Shown here: one piece after another, positions 17,484 through 25,517 of the stretch
How positions within the stretch are numbered: the stretch's first letter is position 1
Layout: every line of letters starts with the position of its first letter
IMG/VR virus record: IMGVR_UViG_3300025889_000071
Length of the DNA stretch: 64,000 nt
Strand: one strand, 5' to 3'
DNA from: a virus
Lineage: Duplodnaviria; Caudoviricetes
Notes under the pieces: model-generated
Database searches by the model: none
Told to the model about the DNA's origin: nothing
Seen by the model: only the letters and a program-made list of their open reading frames with translations
Translations under genes and position numbers: made by a program

Positions 17484-18381
17484 GCAGAACAAACACATCG
17501 AACACCCCGAAGATTTTATTCTCACTGGTGACTTATCTGTTTTGGATTGGTTTTGTGAGGATGACAGTTATGTTTCTCTCAAGATTGATGGTGCTCCCGC
17601 TATTGTTTGGGGTATCAATCCTGCCACCAATCAATTCTTTGTAGGAACCAAATCAGTTTTCAACAAGAAACTAATTAAAATCAATGAAACGCATGATGAC
17701 ATTGATCAGAATCATTCTGGCAATGTTGCTAACATATTACACCATTGTTTTGATTACCTTCCTCGTATCAACGGGATTATTCAAGGTGATTTTATTGGGT
17801 TCGGTGGTAGTGATACTTTTCAGCCCAATACGATTACTTACAAGTTTCCGGAGACGATAACTCAAAACATTATCATTGCTCCACACACTTTTTATACGGC
17901 AGAGCATGATCTTCGAGATGCTATTGCACAACCATTGAAGTTCACTATCACTGACACAATGTATTGTAAGATTGTGCATCCTGATGCGTGGATTCTTGAT
18001 GACATTGATTTGCACAAGTCTGCACGATTTGCACGTCAGATGTCAACTCTGGTTGAATTTGCGACACCAAAGCAACTTCCACTCATCAAGAAAGTTCTCA
18101 ATACCTACTTCAAGATTGGTGCAGAGATTGATGAGGATGAAATTGCATATATTGCACAATGTGATGTCAACCTGATTCGGCTTTGGAAGTTGGTAAGGTC
18201 TATCAAACAGGATATGCTTTACATGTGTCAGAATGATTCTGATATGCAATGTGAAATCAATGATGAAGAAGTTGATCATGAAGGTTATGTTTGCACAAAT
18301 CAGTTTGGTACATACAAACTGGTAGATCGCGAGGTCTTTAGTCGCCAAAATTTTATTAACGATAAAGTATGGGCCCCTTAA
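17482..18381 (+). CDS. Ligase-fold nucleotidyltransferase-like protein
   Basis: KIDG (motif I), QGD, HEGYV and KLV motifs in ligase order; stop lies within repeat 7. Confidence 0.6.
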   Translation: MQNKHIEHPEDFILTGDLSVLDWFCEDDSYVSLKIDGAPAIVWGINPATNQFFVGTKSVFNKKLIKINETHDDIDQNHSGNVANILHHCFDYLPRINGIIQGDFIGFGGSDTFQPNTITYKFPETITQNIIIAPHTFYTAEHDLRDAIAQPLKFTITDTMYCKIVHPDAWILDDIDLHKSARFARQMSTLVEFATPKQLPLIKKVLNTYFKIGAEIDEDEIAYIAQCDVNLIRLWKLVRSIKQDMLYMCQNDSDMQCEINDEEVDHEGYVCTNQFGTYKLVDREVFSRQNFINDKVWAP

Positions 18382-18397
18382 AGTGTCCTATTGATGA
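18370..18397 (+). repeat. Cassette repeat copy 7
   Basis: TGGGCCC CTT AAAGTGT CCTAT TGATGA. Confidence 0.95.
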
Positions 18398-18410
18398 GAA
18401 CGAAATTATC

Positions 18411-18986
18411 ATGAATCTAACTGCAATCGTTGAACTCTATGAGACTGAAGTTGATCAACTTCCCCAGACTCATTTTGAGTTAGGTGGTGGTGCTGCTCGT
18501 TCTGAATCTGGTTTGGTTTATGAGAACCTGATTGAACGTACTTGTAATGAACTGGCTTTAGATGCCCGCAAAAATGATTACAAAAGCACTGAAGTAGTTG
18601 ATGGCACTTGCCTGAAGAATCTTCAAGTTGATAAGCACATCTATCGTAATGGTGTGATGGTAAAAGCAGTAGAATCTAAAACATATTTGGATGCTTGCTA
18701 TCTGAAACGTGCTGTAATGGATTTCATCGAACTGGAGCAATCTCCTGAAGTTCCTGAATGGGTAGAGTACGCAATCTTTGCAGGACAAAATGCTTGTGGT
18801 AAAGATGCTTTTGCATACTATCAAGCATTTTTCAAAAAGATTACTGGCAAAGAAGTAAAGATCTTCTTTGTGAATCCTTCCCGCAAGCGTTCATCTTCTC
18901 GCCCCATCTACAAGGAAGAGTATCGTGAAGATTTTAAGCTTGACTCTGTAGTGTATAATGAGTTTGTGGAATGGTTGAACAAGTGA
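18411..18986 (+). CDS. Putative PD-(D/E)XK restriction endonuclease
   Basis: LQVDKH...KAVESKTYLD gives a D...E-x-K core; translationally coupled to an MTase. Confidence 0.6.
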   Translation: MNLTAIVELYETEVDQLPQTHFELGGGAARSESGLVYENLIERTCNELALDARKNDYKSTEVVDGTCLKNLQVDKHIYRNGVMVKAVESKTYLDACYLKRAVMDFIELEQSPEVPEWVEYAIFAGQNACGKDAFAYYQAFFKKITGKEVKIFFVNPSRKRSSSRPIYKEEYREDFKLDSVVYNEFVEWLNK

Positions 18987-19723
18987 TGCTGTATAACGAT
19001 GATATGTTCAATGTTCTGGGCAATCTTGAACCCCAGAGCATTGATCTTTTGCTGACAGATTTTCCCTATGGCACACTCAACAAGTCCCGTAATCAATGGG
19101 ATCGTGTGATTGATTATGAAAAGTTCTGGGAGATTGTTGATATTATCTGCAAACCAAATTGTGCTATCATTTCTACAGCAGCACAACCATTTACATCGGT
19201 ATTGATCTCTACAAATTATAGGGATTTTAAGTATTGCTTGGTATGGGAAAAAAGTAAAGCAACTGGATACCTGAATGCTAAAAAGCAACCGATGAGAGCA
19301 CATGAAGATATTGTAGTTTTTTACAAGAAACAACCAATCTACAATCCCCAGATGACAAAAGGTACTCCATATGATAAGGGTAAAGCTGTGAGGGATGCAG
19401 AACAATATGGAAAGCAAACTAAAGCTGTGCATGTCAAAAATGAAGATGGGACAAGATACCCTCGCAGTGTACTATATTTTAAGACAGCAGAAGATGAGGG
19501 TAAATTGCATCCTACACAGAAACCTGTTGCACTCTATGAATATCTGATTCGCACATATTCTAATGAAGGTGATACTGTGCTCGATCCTTGTATGGGTAGT
19601 GGCACCACTGGAATTGCTGCTTTTAATACTAATAGAAACTTTATTGGAATTGAACGTGAAAAGAAATACTTTGATGCTGCACAGGAAAGGTTAAATCTAC
19701 CACTATTGAATGCGATGGCATAA
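18986..19723 (+). CDS. DNA N6-adenine/N4-cytosine methyltransferase (beta class)
   Basis: TDFPY (motif IV variant), HEDIVVF, HPTQKP and LDPCMGSGTT (motif I); TGATG overlap with the upstream gene. Confidence 0.9.
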   Translation: MLYNDDMFNVLGNLEPQSIDLLLTDFPYGTLNKSRNQWDRVIDYEKFWEIVDIICKPNCAIISTAAQPFTSVLISTNYRDFKYCLVWEKSKATGYLNAKKQPMRAHEDIVVFYKKQPIYNPQMTKGTPYDKGKAVRDAEQYGKQTKAVHVKNEDGTRYPRSVLYFKTAEDEGKLHPTQKPVALYEYLIRTYSNEGDTVLDPCMGSGTTGIAAFNTNRNFIGIEREKKYFDAAQERLNLPLLNAMA

Positions 19724-19724
19724 T

Positions 19725-19752
19725 TGGGCCCCTTAAAGTGTCCTATTGATGT
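19725..19752 (+). repeat. Cassette repeat copy 8
   Basis: TGGGCCC CTT AAAGTGT CCTAT TGATGT. Confidence 0.95.
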
Positions 19753-19763
19753 AGGTAAAGATT

Positions 19764-20279
19764 ATGATTTCACTTCCTAACCCAAACAGAACCATGATTG
19801 TTGAATCTACCAATTCTGAAACTTTTTCTGATTTCTGTGCTCAACGTGATGCACAGAATACCATTCAGTTGAATGTCACCAAGTATTGTTTTATGCTTTG
19901 TGATGCACTGCTGAAGAATTTCATTGATTACAGCATCAAGTCTCATCAACGTGCGATTGCTAACTACAACTACACTTATGGTAATGATGATTCAACTCAA
20001 TCAAATTATCATCAGGCATGTATTGAAGACCTGAAGAATGGTCAATGTGGTTATGAGTTCACTGTAGAGTCTGGTCGTAAGTATCACAAAATTATGATGA
20101 GTGCCAATGGTTCTCGTTCCGTTCATGCTTTTGTTGATAGAAAGACTGGCGAAGTTTACAAACCTGCCAGTATCAAAGCTCCTGCCAAAGGTGTTCGTTA
20201 TGACTTGCGATTGATTGAACAACGTGAATGGTTGTTTGAAAATGCAGATTGGGCAGGAGGGTATCTTTATAAGAGGTAA
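19764..20279 (+). CDS. Hypothetical phage protein
   Basis: ORF directly after repeat 8; contains SVHAFVDRKTGEVYKPAS. Confidence 0.75.
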   Translation: MISLPNPNRTMIVESTNSETFSDFCAQRDAQNTIQLNVTKYCFMLCDALLKNFIDYSIKSHQRAIANYNYTYGNDDSTQSNYHQACIEDLKNGQCGYEFTVESGRKYHKIMMSANGSRSVHAFVDRKTGEVYKPASIKAPAKGVRYDLRLIEQREWLFENADWAGGYLYKR

Positions 20280-20315
20280 TGTGCTATACTGAACATGTTC
20301 AATTAAGAGGTTATT

Positions 20316-20483
20316 ATGAACGATCAACGTCATTATCATACTGAAAGTGAGCGTAAACAACTTGATGGAGTTGTCACTGATTCTGATATAAATGGGTGGA
20401 ACATTTCTAAATTGAATCGCATGAAAGTTCGTGCAAACAATCTTCCTGATGACTCTCTGATTATTGATGATGAACTACACTAA
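20316..20483 (+). CDS. Small hypothetical protein
   Basis: GAGG RBS and extended -10 TGCTATACT at 20282-20290; hand-translated. Confidence 0.6.
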   Translation: MNDQRHYHTESERKQLDGVVTDSDINGWNISKLNRMKVRANNLPDDSLIIDDELH

Positions 20484-20676
20484 ACAACAACTTGTTGATG
20501 CACTTCAACATGAATATGAGTACATGATTCATGATGATTATGATCCTGATGTTGATATGACTCTGGAAGAACATCTTGAATGGTTACATACACTGACCAT
20601 TCAAGAATTGGTTGAAGAAACATCAACCGATGAAGATTATTATACGCTTGATCAATTCATGTATAATCATTCATGA
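20464..20676 (+). CDS. Small acidic hypothetical protein
   Basis: ORF track; start probably 20467 or 20470. Confidence 0.65.
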   Translation: MMMNYTKQQLVDALQHEYEYMIHDDYDPDVDMTLEEHLEWLHTLTIQELVEETSTDEDYYTLDQFMYNHS

Positions 20677-20807
20677 CAAGTAAAGAAAAACTTCTGTTCA
20701 TTTCATCATTCGTTTGGTTTCTACACTGGGGAACATGTCTAGCATCTACACTTCTGGATACGGTTATTCTAAAAAGCTCTGTGAGAGTGTTACCTCTTGG
20801 TTTTTGA
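20673..20807 (+). CDS. Small hydrophobic hypothetical protein
   Basis: ATGA-coupled MTSKEKLLFISSFVWFLHWG...; overlaps the next gene in another frame. Confidence 0.4.
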   Translation: MTSKEKLLFISSFVWFLHWGTCLASTLLDTVILKSSVRVLPLGF

Positions 20808-21157
20808 AGAAGTATTATCCACGTCATAAGATTGATGTGGATATTTTACATCGTGGATTGAGACGTGAAAATGTACTGGGGTATTGTGATGTAGTTGGTC
20901 CTTCTTATCGACCAAGACATTTCCTGATTGAACTTCAGACCGATATGTGTAAGGAGTTGTATATAAAAACTCTTTTACATGAATTGACTCATCTTGCACA
21001 ATGGGTAAGAGGTGATCTACGACACCGATATGGAAAATTGTGTTATTCACAAGAACCAGTGGAAATCTATGACTATGAAGATCAACCACATGAAATTGAA
21101 GCACGAGAGGAAGAAGAAAGACTCTACAATCTGTACTGTAATGAAATCTTAACATAG
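20735..21157 (+). CDS. Zn-metallopeptidase-like protein (HExxH)
   Basis: LLHELTHLAQW...PHEIEA. Confidence 0.75.
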   Translation: MSSIYTSGYGYSKKLCESVTSWFLKKYYPRHKIDVDILHRGLRRENVLGYCDVVGPSYRPRHFLIELQTDMCKELYIKTLLHELTHLAQWVRGDLRHRYGKLCYSQEPVEIYDYEDQPHEIEAREEEERLYNLYCNEILT

Positions 21158-21186
21158 TTGCACTTAAGAATTTCTTCAACTACAAT
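21158..21186 (+). promoter_or_regulatory. Sigma70-type promoter
   Basis: TTGCAC-17-TACAAT. Confidence 0.6.
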
Positions 21187-21194
21187 AAAGAAAA

Positions 21195-21386
21195 ATGGAA
21201 AATGGTCAAGAGATGCAAGCTATCAGGGACTTTCTAACAGATGAGCAGTGGCACATTGTGATTGATGCTATCGAACAAGAAGCATTTTTATTGGATGAAA
21301 GTGAGGAGTATTTTGATAAGTGTGAGGACATTATAAACAGAATCCATTCATTGCTTCACATTACTGGGCCCTCTAAAGTGTCCTAG
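21195..21386 (+). CDS. Small acidic hypothetical protein
   Basis: The last codons (TGPSKVS*) are read through repeat 9. Confidence 0.6.
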   Translation: MENGQEMQAIRDFLTDEQWHIVIDAIEQEAFLLDESEEYFDKCEDIINRIHSLLHITGPSKVS

Positions 21387-21392
21387 TTGTAT
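21365..21392 (+). repeat. Cassette repeat copy 9
   Basis: TGGGCCC TCT AAAGTGT CCTAG TTGTAT. Confidence 0.95.
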
Positions 21393-21735
21393 GAAGACCA
21401 CTATGAAAGAAAACAAGATGACAACACTTTTCCGTCAAGGAATCAAATTTGAAGAGTATTGGGGCACTGAAGTTCGTGCTCATCATATGAACACTCGTTC
21501 TGTTTATCGTCTGCTGGAAGATGATGACATTGCGATCACACATTCCGCACCATATGTTGATGGTGAAAGTGTTGATCAATTTGCTGTAACTTTCACCGAA
21601 GTTACTGCATATCATGAGAATGGAAATGTGTTATCATCAACCACAAAAACACTTGGAGTTTATGATAACTGGTTGGATGCTTATTACCGAGCATTCTCTA
21701 TTCTAAACAAGAAAACATTAGCACAACTTGTGTGA
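21391..21735 (+). CDS. Hypothetical protein
   Basis: ORF track; start could be 21403 or 21418. Confidence 0.65.
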   Translation: MKTTMKENKMTTLFRQGIKFEEYWGTEVRAHHMNTRSVYRLLEDDDIAITHSAPYVDGESVDQFAVTFTEVTAYHENGNVLSSTTKTLGVYDNWLDAYYRAFSILNKKTLAQLV

Positions 21736-21737
21736 TC

Positions 21738-21968
21738 ATGAGAATTGACATTGTAGGTCGAATTATCGGAAGCTTTCTGGTTGTTTCTGCTTATTTTGTT
21801 GTTTTACATGTAAATGTAACATTTGGAGTTCTGATGCACTTCATTGCCGATGCAATTTCCATTCCATTCTTTATACGAACAAAGTCATGGGATGTTGTAA
21901 TTATGTTGGCATTTCTTTTAATCATTTCAACTAGCAAACTGTTCAATTTGGGAGGAATCGTATCATGA
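21738..21968 (+). CDS. Small multi-pass membrane protein
   Basis: Two to three hydrophobic helices. Confidence 0.65.
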   Translation: MRIDIVGRIIGSFLVVSAYFVVLHVNVTFGVLMHFIADAISIPFFIRTKSWDVVIMLAFLLIISTSKLFNLGGIVS

Positions 21969-22108
21969 AATGGGATGTGAAACTGTATGTTGCCGGAAAG
22001 GTATTTACCGAAGAAGTTTATGCCCGAGATGCACAAGATGCAAGGGAGACAGCATTAGCACGAAATCCCACTGCTAAAGTTATTGGAGTGAATGGGAGTT
22101 TCAAATAG
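21965..22108 (+). CDS. Small hypothetical phage protein
   Basis: Hand-translated MKWDVKLYVAGKVF...; TAG stop directly abuts repeat 10. Confidence 0.7.
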   Translation: MKWDVKLYVAGKVFTEEVYARDAQDARETALARNPTAKVIGVNGSFK

Positions 22109-22136
22109 TGGGCCCCTTAAAGTGTCTCATTAGTGT
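22109..22136 (+). repeat. Cassette repeat copy 10
   Basis: TGGGCCC CTT AAAGTGT CTCAT TAGTGT. Confidence 0.95.
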
Positions 22137-22153
22137 AAGCACAGTTCAGAAAA

Positions 22154-22318
22154 ATGCAAGAATCAAAGTTCCTTCTTCACGGTCAACATCATCGTTCTAA
22201 TGGTTGGGTGATGAATGATTGTTTAGGTTACATCAAAGAAACAAAAGAGGATGCGATTGCTACATGTAATCGACTCAATCCTAACTTTGTGATTCACTCT
22301 ATCACTGTTGAAGAATGA
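22154..22318 (+). CDS. Small hypothetical protein
   Basis: Hand-translated MQESKFLLHGQHH... Confidence 0.6.
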   Translation: MQESKFLLHGQHHRSNGWVMNDCLGYIKETKEDAIATCNRLNPNFVIHSITVEE

Positions 22319-22358
22319 CCAAAGCAACACACAAACGATTCACACACATCTTTTGATT

Positions 22359-22511
22359 ATGAACGAAACTGAACTCGAAGCTCTTGAAGTGATGGAAACC
22401 ATTGAGGATTCCGTTGAATATATTTGTAATGAGTATATGTTAAGTGGAGAGAAAGTTTGGACTATGATTGCAGCACTTGCTGATGCAAAGATTGCACAAT
22501 TTCCTGATTGA
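22359..22511 (+). CDS. Small hypothetical protein
   Basis: First ATG of the tracked ORF. Confidence 0.6.
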   Translation: MNETELEALEVMETIEDSVEYICNEYMLSGEKVWTMIAALADAKIAQFPD

Positions 22512-22518
22512 TAATGAG

Positions 22519-22546
22519 TGGGCCCTTGAAAGTGTTTCAGTAGTGT
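22519..22546 (+). repeat. Cassette repeat copy 11
   Basis: TGGGCCC TTG AAAGTGT TTCAG TAGTGT. Confidence 0.95.
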
Positions 22547-22567
22547 AAGTCGTTCGTTATTTCAGTC

Positions 22568-22819
22568 ATGCAACTCACTTCCAAAGATGGTAACATGGTT
22601 GTTGATTTCTATCCCGTCAAATTTGCAGACGGTGGGATTCACAATCGTTTGATGCTCAAAGTTGTGACTTTTATTGGTGCAACTCAATCCAAATCTTACA
22701 TCAACAAGAAAGATTTTCAGCATGAGGTTGATTCTCGTGTGAAGGGTTATGGTTATCAAGTCACTGATGATTCGATGATTCCACAACTCTTTAACTCTGC
22801 AATGTGTCTTGCTTGCTGA
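22568..22819 (+). CDS. Small hypothetical phage protein
   Basis: ORF after repeat 11. Confidence 0.7.
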   Translation: MQLTSKDGNMVVDFYPVKFADGGIHNRLMLKVVTFIGATQSKSYINKKDFQHEVDSRVKGYGYQVTDDSMIPQLFNSAMCLAC

Positions 22820-23010
22820 TGTCAATTATTCAATCTTATCTTCACAATAAAATGATGGATCGTCTTGAAATGCTTTCTCAACGTGAACAATTGATGGAGG
22901 ACATTGATTGTATTGTATCGGCACAATATGGTCAAGGAAATGAAGAACTTGCTGATGAAATGATTAAGTTGTTATGTGATGCTGTTTGCAAAAACTTTCC
23001 TGCTAACTGA
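22819..23010 (+). CDS. Small hypothetical protein
   Basis: TGATG coupling. Confidence 0.6.
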   Translation: MSIIQSYLHNKMMDRLEMLSQREQLMEDIDCIVSAQYGQGNEELADEMIKLLCDAVCKNFPAN

Positions 23011-23246
23011 TGTCATTTGTTTCCACCTTTGATCATACTAATTCCATGACTGACAACATCATCAACCGTGACGAATTGCAGGACAATCTTATTCATCAGA
23101 TTCTGGATGATATGGATTTGAAGACGATGTATGCTTGCTTATATGATTACATGTCTGAAAGCTATGACAAGTATTCAGTTGATGAAATTGTCGAAGAAGT
23201 CGAAGAGTATTACCCACAATTGTTGGAGGATGCAGATAACTCTTAA
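23010..23246 (+). CDS. Small acidic hypothetical protein
   Basis: TGATG coupling. Confidence 0.65.
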   Translation: MSFVSTFDHTNSMTDNIINRDELQDNLIHQILDDMDLKTMYACLYDYMSESYDKYSVDEIVEEVEEYYPQLLEDADNS

Positions 23247-23317
23247 AACATGTCAATTTACAAAGATTACTGGACTAAACCAAAACCAACGAAAGAACCC
23301 AAATCAAAAGAATCCAA

Positions 23318-23473
23318 ATGAAAACATCATTTTGTAATGGCAATTCATGGTCTAAATTTGATGCTTACTATCATGATGATAGTGAACAATGGACTTATGA
23401 ATTGATTGATGGACATCACCGCACAAGTTTAATTTACGAGGATAATGATGATGAAATTCTACAAGATTACTGA
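23318..23473 (+). CDS. Small acidic hypothetical protein
   Basis: Hand-translated MKTSFCNGNSWSKFDAYY... Confidence 0.45.
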   Translation: MKTSFCNGNSWSKFDAYYHDDSEQWTYELIDGHHRTSLIYEDNDDEILQDY

Positions 23474-23645
23474 TATTGAGTTTGATTTTGATTATGAAGA
23501 CATTACATTGGAGGAACAGAATGAAGTGATCGAAGGTGCCAAAGCTTGTCTATGGGATGCAACAAATGAGGATGATCTTTGTGATGTCATTAGTGACAAC
23601 ACCGGATGGTTTGTGAAGTCATTCTCTTATGATGTTATTCGATAA
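23445..23645 (+). CDS. Small acidic hypothetical protein
   Basis: ORF track; GAGGA RBS. Confidence 0.65.
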   Translation: MMMKFYKITDIEFDFDYEDITLEEQNEVIEGAKACLWDATNEDDLCDVISDNTGWFVKSFSYDVIR

Positions 23646-23652
23646 CAAACAC

Positions 23653-23680
23653 TGGGCCCCTTAAAGTGTTTCAGTAGTGT
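23653..23680 (+). repeat. Cassette repeat copy 12
   Basis: TGGGCCC CTT AAAGTGT TTCAG TAGTGT. Confidence 0.95.
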
Positions 23681-23702
23681 AGAAACGAAACAACTCTCTC
23701 AA

Positions 23703-23870
23703 ATGTCTCAACAACTCAATGCTTCTATCTATCGTCAACTCTTCACTGATTGTGAGTGGGATGCTATCTCTTCTGCAATGAAAGATTATGCTGATTATGG
23801 TGACGAAGAAGCAAACATTGCTGATTCGATTGATGCAAAGATCACTCAAATTTTCAAACTTACTGCCTGA
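23703..23870 (+). CDS. Small hypothetical protein
   Basis: Hand-translated MSQQLNASIYRQLFT... Confidence 0.65.
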   Translation: MSQQLNASIYRQLFTDCEWDAISSAMKDYADYGDEEANIADSIDAKITQIFKLTA

Positions 23871-23872
23871 TT

Positions 23873-24034
23873 ATGTTACATCAACTCCCTAACGGTAAAA
23901 TCATCATGCACGATGGATTAATCCGTGAACTTGCTATTCAACGAATGGAAACTTATGATCGTTGGATACAAGACAATCGTGAACAATTAAAGATCGAATC
24001 TCAACAACTTTTCGATGATATGTTCGGAGGTTAA
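23873..24034 (+). CDS. Small hypothetical protein
   Basis: Hand-translated MLHQLPNGKIIMHDG... Confidence 0.6.
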   Translation: MLHQLPNGKIIMHDGLIRELAIQRMETYDRWIQDNREQLKIESQQLFDDMFGG

Positions 24035-24105
24035 TTCTTTCAATGACTCCGAAATCTTCCGAGGTTTTCCGAGTCGAGTCACGCCCCTAATTTTATCAAA
24101 AAACT

Positions 24106-24318
24106 ATGATTCTTCTGACATCTGATTCTCACGGTTGTGTGTATACTATTGACAGTGAAGGTTGTTTATACTATATGCCCAAACATCTTGATGGATCAAT
24201 TAACTTTGAAGAACTTGCAGAAGTTGAATCTGTTGATGAATTAGATGATGAAGATACTTCTCAAATTCATTCTCAATTGATTACAATGTCCAAATCAATT
24301 GGTCATTACTTCTGTTAG
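24106..24318 (+). CDS. Small acidic hypothetical protein
   Basis: TAG stop directly abuts repeat 13. Confidence 0.65.
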   Translation: MILLTSDSHGCVYTIDSEGCLYYMPKHLDGSINFEELAEVESVDELDDEDTSQIHSQLITMSKSIGHYFC

Positions 24319-24346
24319 TGGGCCCCTGAAAGTGTTTCAATAGTAT
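24319..24346 (+). repeat. Cassette repeat copy 13
   Basis: TGGGCCC CTG AAAGTGT TTCAA TAGTAT. Confidence 0.95.
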
Positions 24347-24363
24347 AGGATACCATTTCTCTC

Positions 24364-24708
24364 ATGCGTAAGATCGAACAACAAATGAACAATGCCATTT
24401 CTAACAACAAGTCCTGGCAATCTGCAAACACCAGTGTTGTTTGTGATGACAATGGTGTCTCTCATGTGTATCTTCATGGCAACAAGATTGCAGAGGTTGG
24501 TGATGACTTTGTTCAGATCTTTGATGGTGGTTGTCAATCCAATACCACCAAATCCCGTCTGAATGCTATTCTCAAAGAACATGCAATTGATGGTGAGTGT
24601 GTGTATCAAAAGAACTTCAAATGGTATGTTGATAAGTTCATTGGATGTGCCGGAACTTTCAAGGTTTATAACACTTTCGAGTTCACTGATGGTTTCATGT
24701 TTGCCTGA
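24364..24708 (+). CDS. Hypothetical phage protein
   Basis: MRKIEQQMNNAI...TTKSRLNAIL; directly after repeat 13. Confidence 0.75.
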   Translation: MRKIEQQMNNAISNNKSWQSANTSVVCDDNGVSHVYLHGNKIAEVGDDFVQIFDGGCQSNTTKSRLNAILKEHAIDGECVYQKNFKWYVDKFIGCAGTFKVYNTFEFTDGFMFA

Positions 24709-24713
24709 TTGAT

Positions 24714-25517
24714 TTAACTCTCTTCTCTATACCATCTGCAACCCTTCCAACTATATCTGGAAGGGTTTTTTAATGCCTTCGTTACACCTGTAGCTTTGCC
24801 GCTACCTAACACTCTACCCGCTTCTCTTATACTATCAAAGTGATATATGATTTTCCCGTCTAATATACGCTTGCCATAGATTTTATGGGAGTAAGGTCTA
24901 TTATCTAATTTCTCCCACTTATATCCATATGCCACAATCTTCTGTTTGATTGCTCTACTGATGTTGCCAGAACCTCCTTTGATTCCTATACTCTTCCGCG
25001 CTTCAGTTATGCTATCAAATTCAAGAACTTCTCCCGTCTCGACATTAGTTGCTCTGACTTTTCTCCTAGCATGTTTACCATCACCGCTCTTATCTCCGAA
25101 TGGATTAACCCCTTGATATTTGTCTTTTAGAGTATTACGTATTGAAGCAATATGTTCAGGAGACTTTTCTTTCCCTTGCATAGTTGTTGATATTCTATCC
25201 CGAACTTCTTCGCTTATCTCTTTTGCTTGTTCTCCGCCTGTTGTTAGATTGTATCCGTTGTTAAATGTATCAAACTGTTCTATCCAATATCTCTCCCTAT
25301 CCGAGAGTTGCGCCGCTGGGATATTAGTTTCTATTTCACGGACAGTAAACATAGAGACGCCATATTTCTTGATTGCTCTATACAATGGTCTGTGTGATTT
25401 ACTCTTCGATTCTGTTATATGATGCCGCCATCTTTCGCCCACGGTCTTGATAGTCTGACCGATATATCTCTTGCCATTTACCTTACAAATGATTGAGTAG
25501 ATTGTCCCAGTTGTCAT
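24714..25517 (-). CDS. Free-standing GIY-YIG homing endonuclease with NUMOD3/NUMOD1-like DNA-binding domains
   Basis: GTIYSII...RYIGQT...RWRHH...LYRAIKKYG...ERYWIEQFDT...GYN; FDSITEAR and FDSIREAG NUMOD1-like units. Confidence 0.9.
   Translation of the reverse strand: MTTGTIYSIICKVNGKRYIGQTIKTVGERWRHHITESKSKSHRPLYRAIKKYGVSMFTVREIETNIPAAQLSDRERYWIEQFDTFNNGYNLTTGGEQAKEISEEVRDRISTTMQGKEKSPEHIASIRNTLKDKYQGVNPFGDKSGDGKHARRKVRATNVETGEVLEFDSITEARKSIGIKGGSGNISRAIKQKIVAYGYKWEKLDNRPYSHKIYGKRILDGKIIYHFDSIREAGRVLGSGKATGVTKALKNPSRYSWKGCRWYREES
24740..24772 (+). terminator. Intrinsic terminator on the + strand, lying inside the endonuclease ORF
   Basis: Perfect 10-bp stem AACCCTTCCA/TGGAAGGGTT followed by a T-run. 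Confidence 0.8.

Noticed and set aside
24044-24074. Imperfect GACTC...GAGTC hairpin between small genes
   Set aside because: It has several mismatches, no U-tract and a single occurrence; not enough to call.
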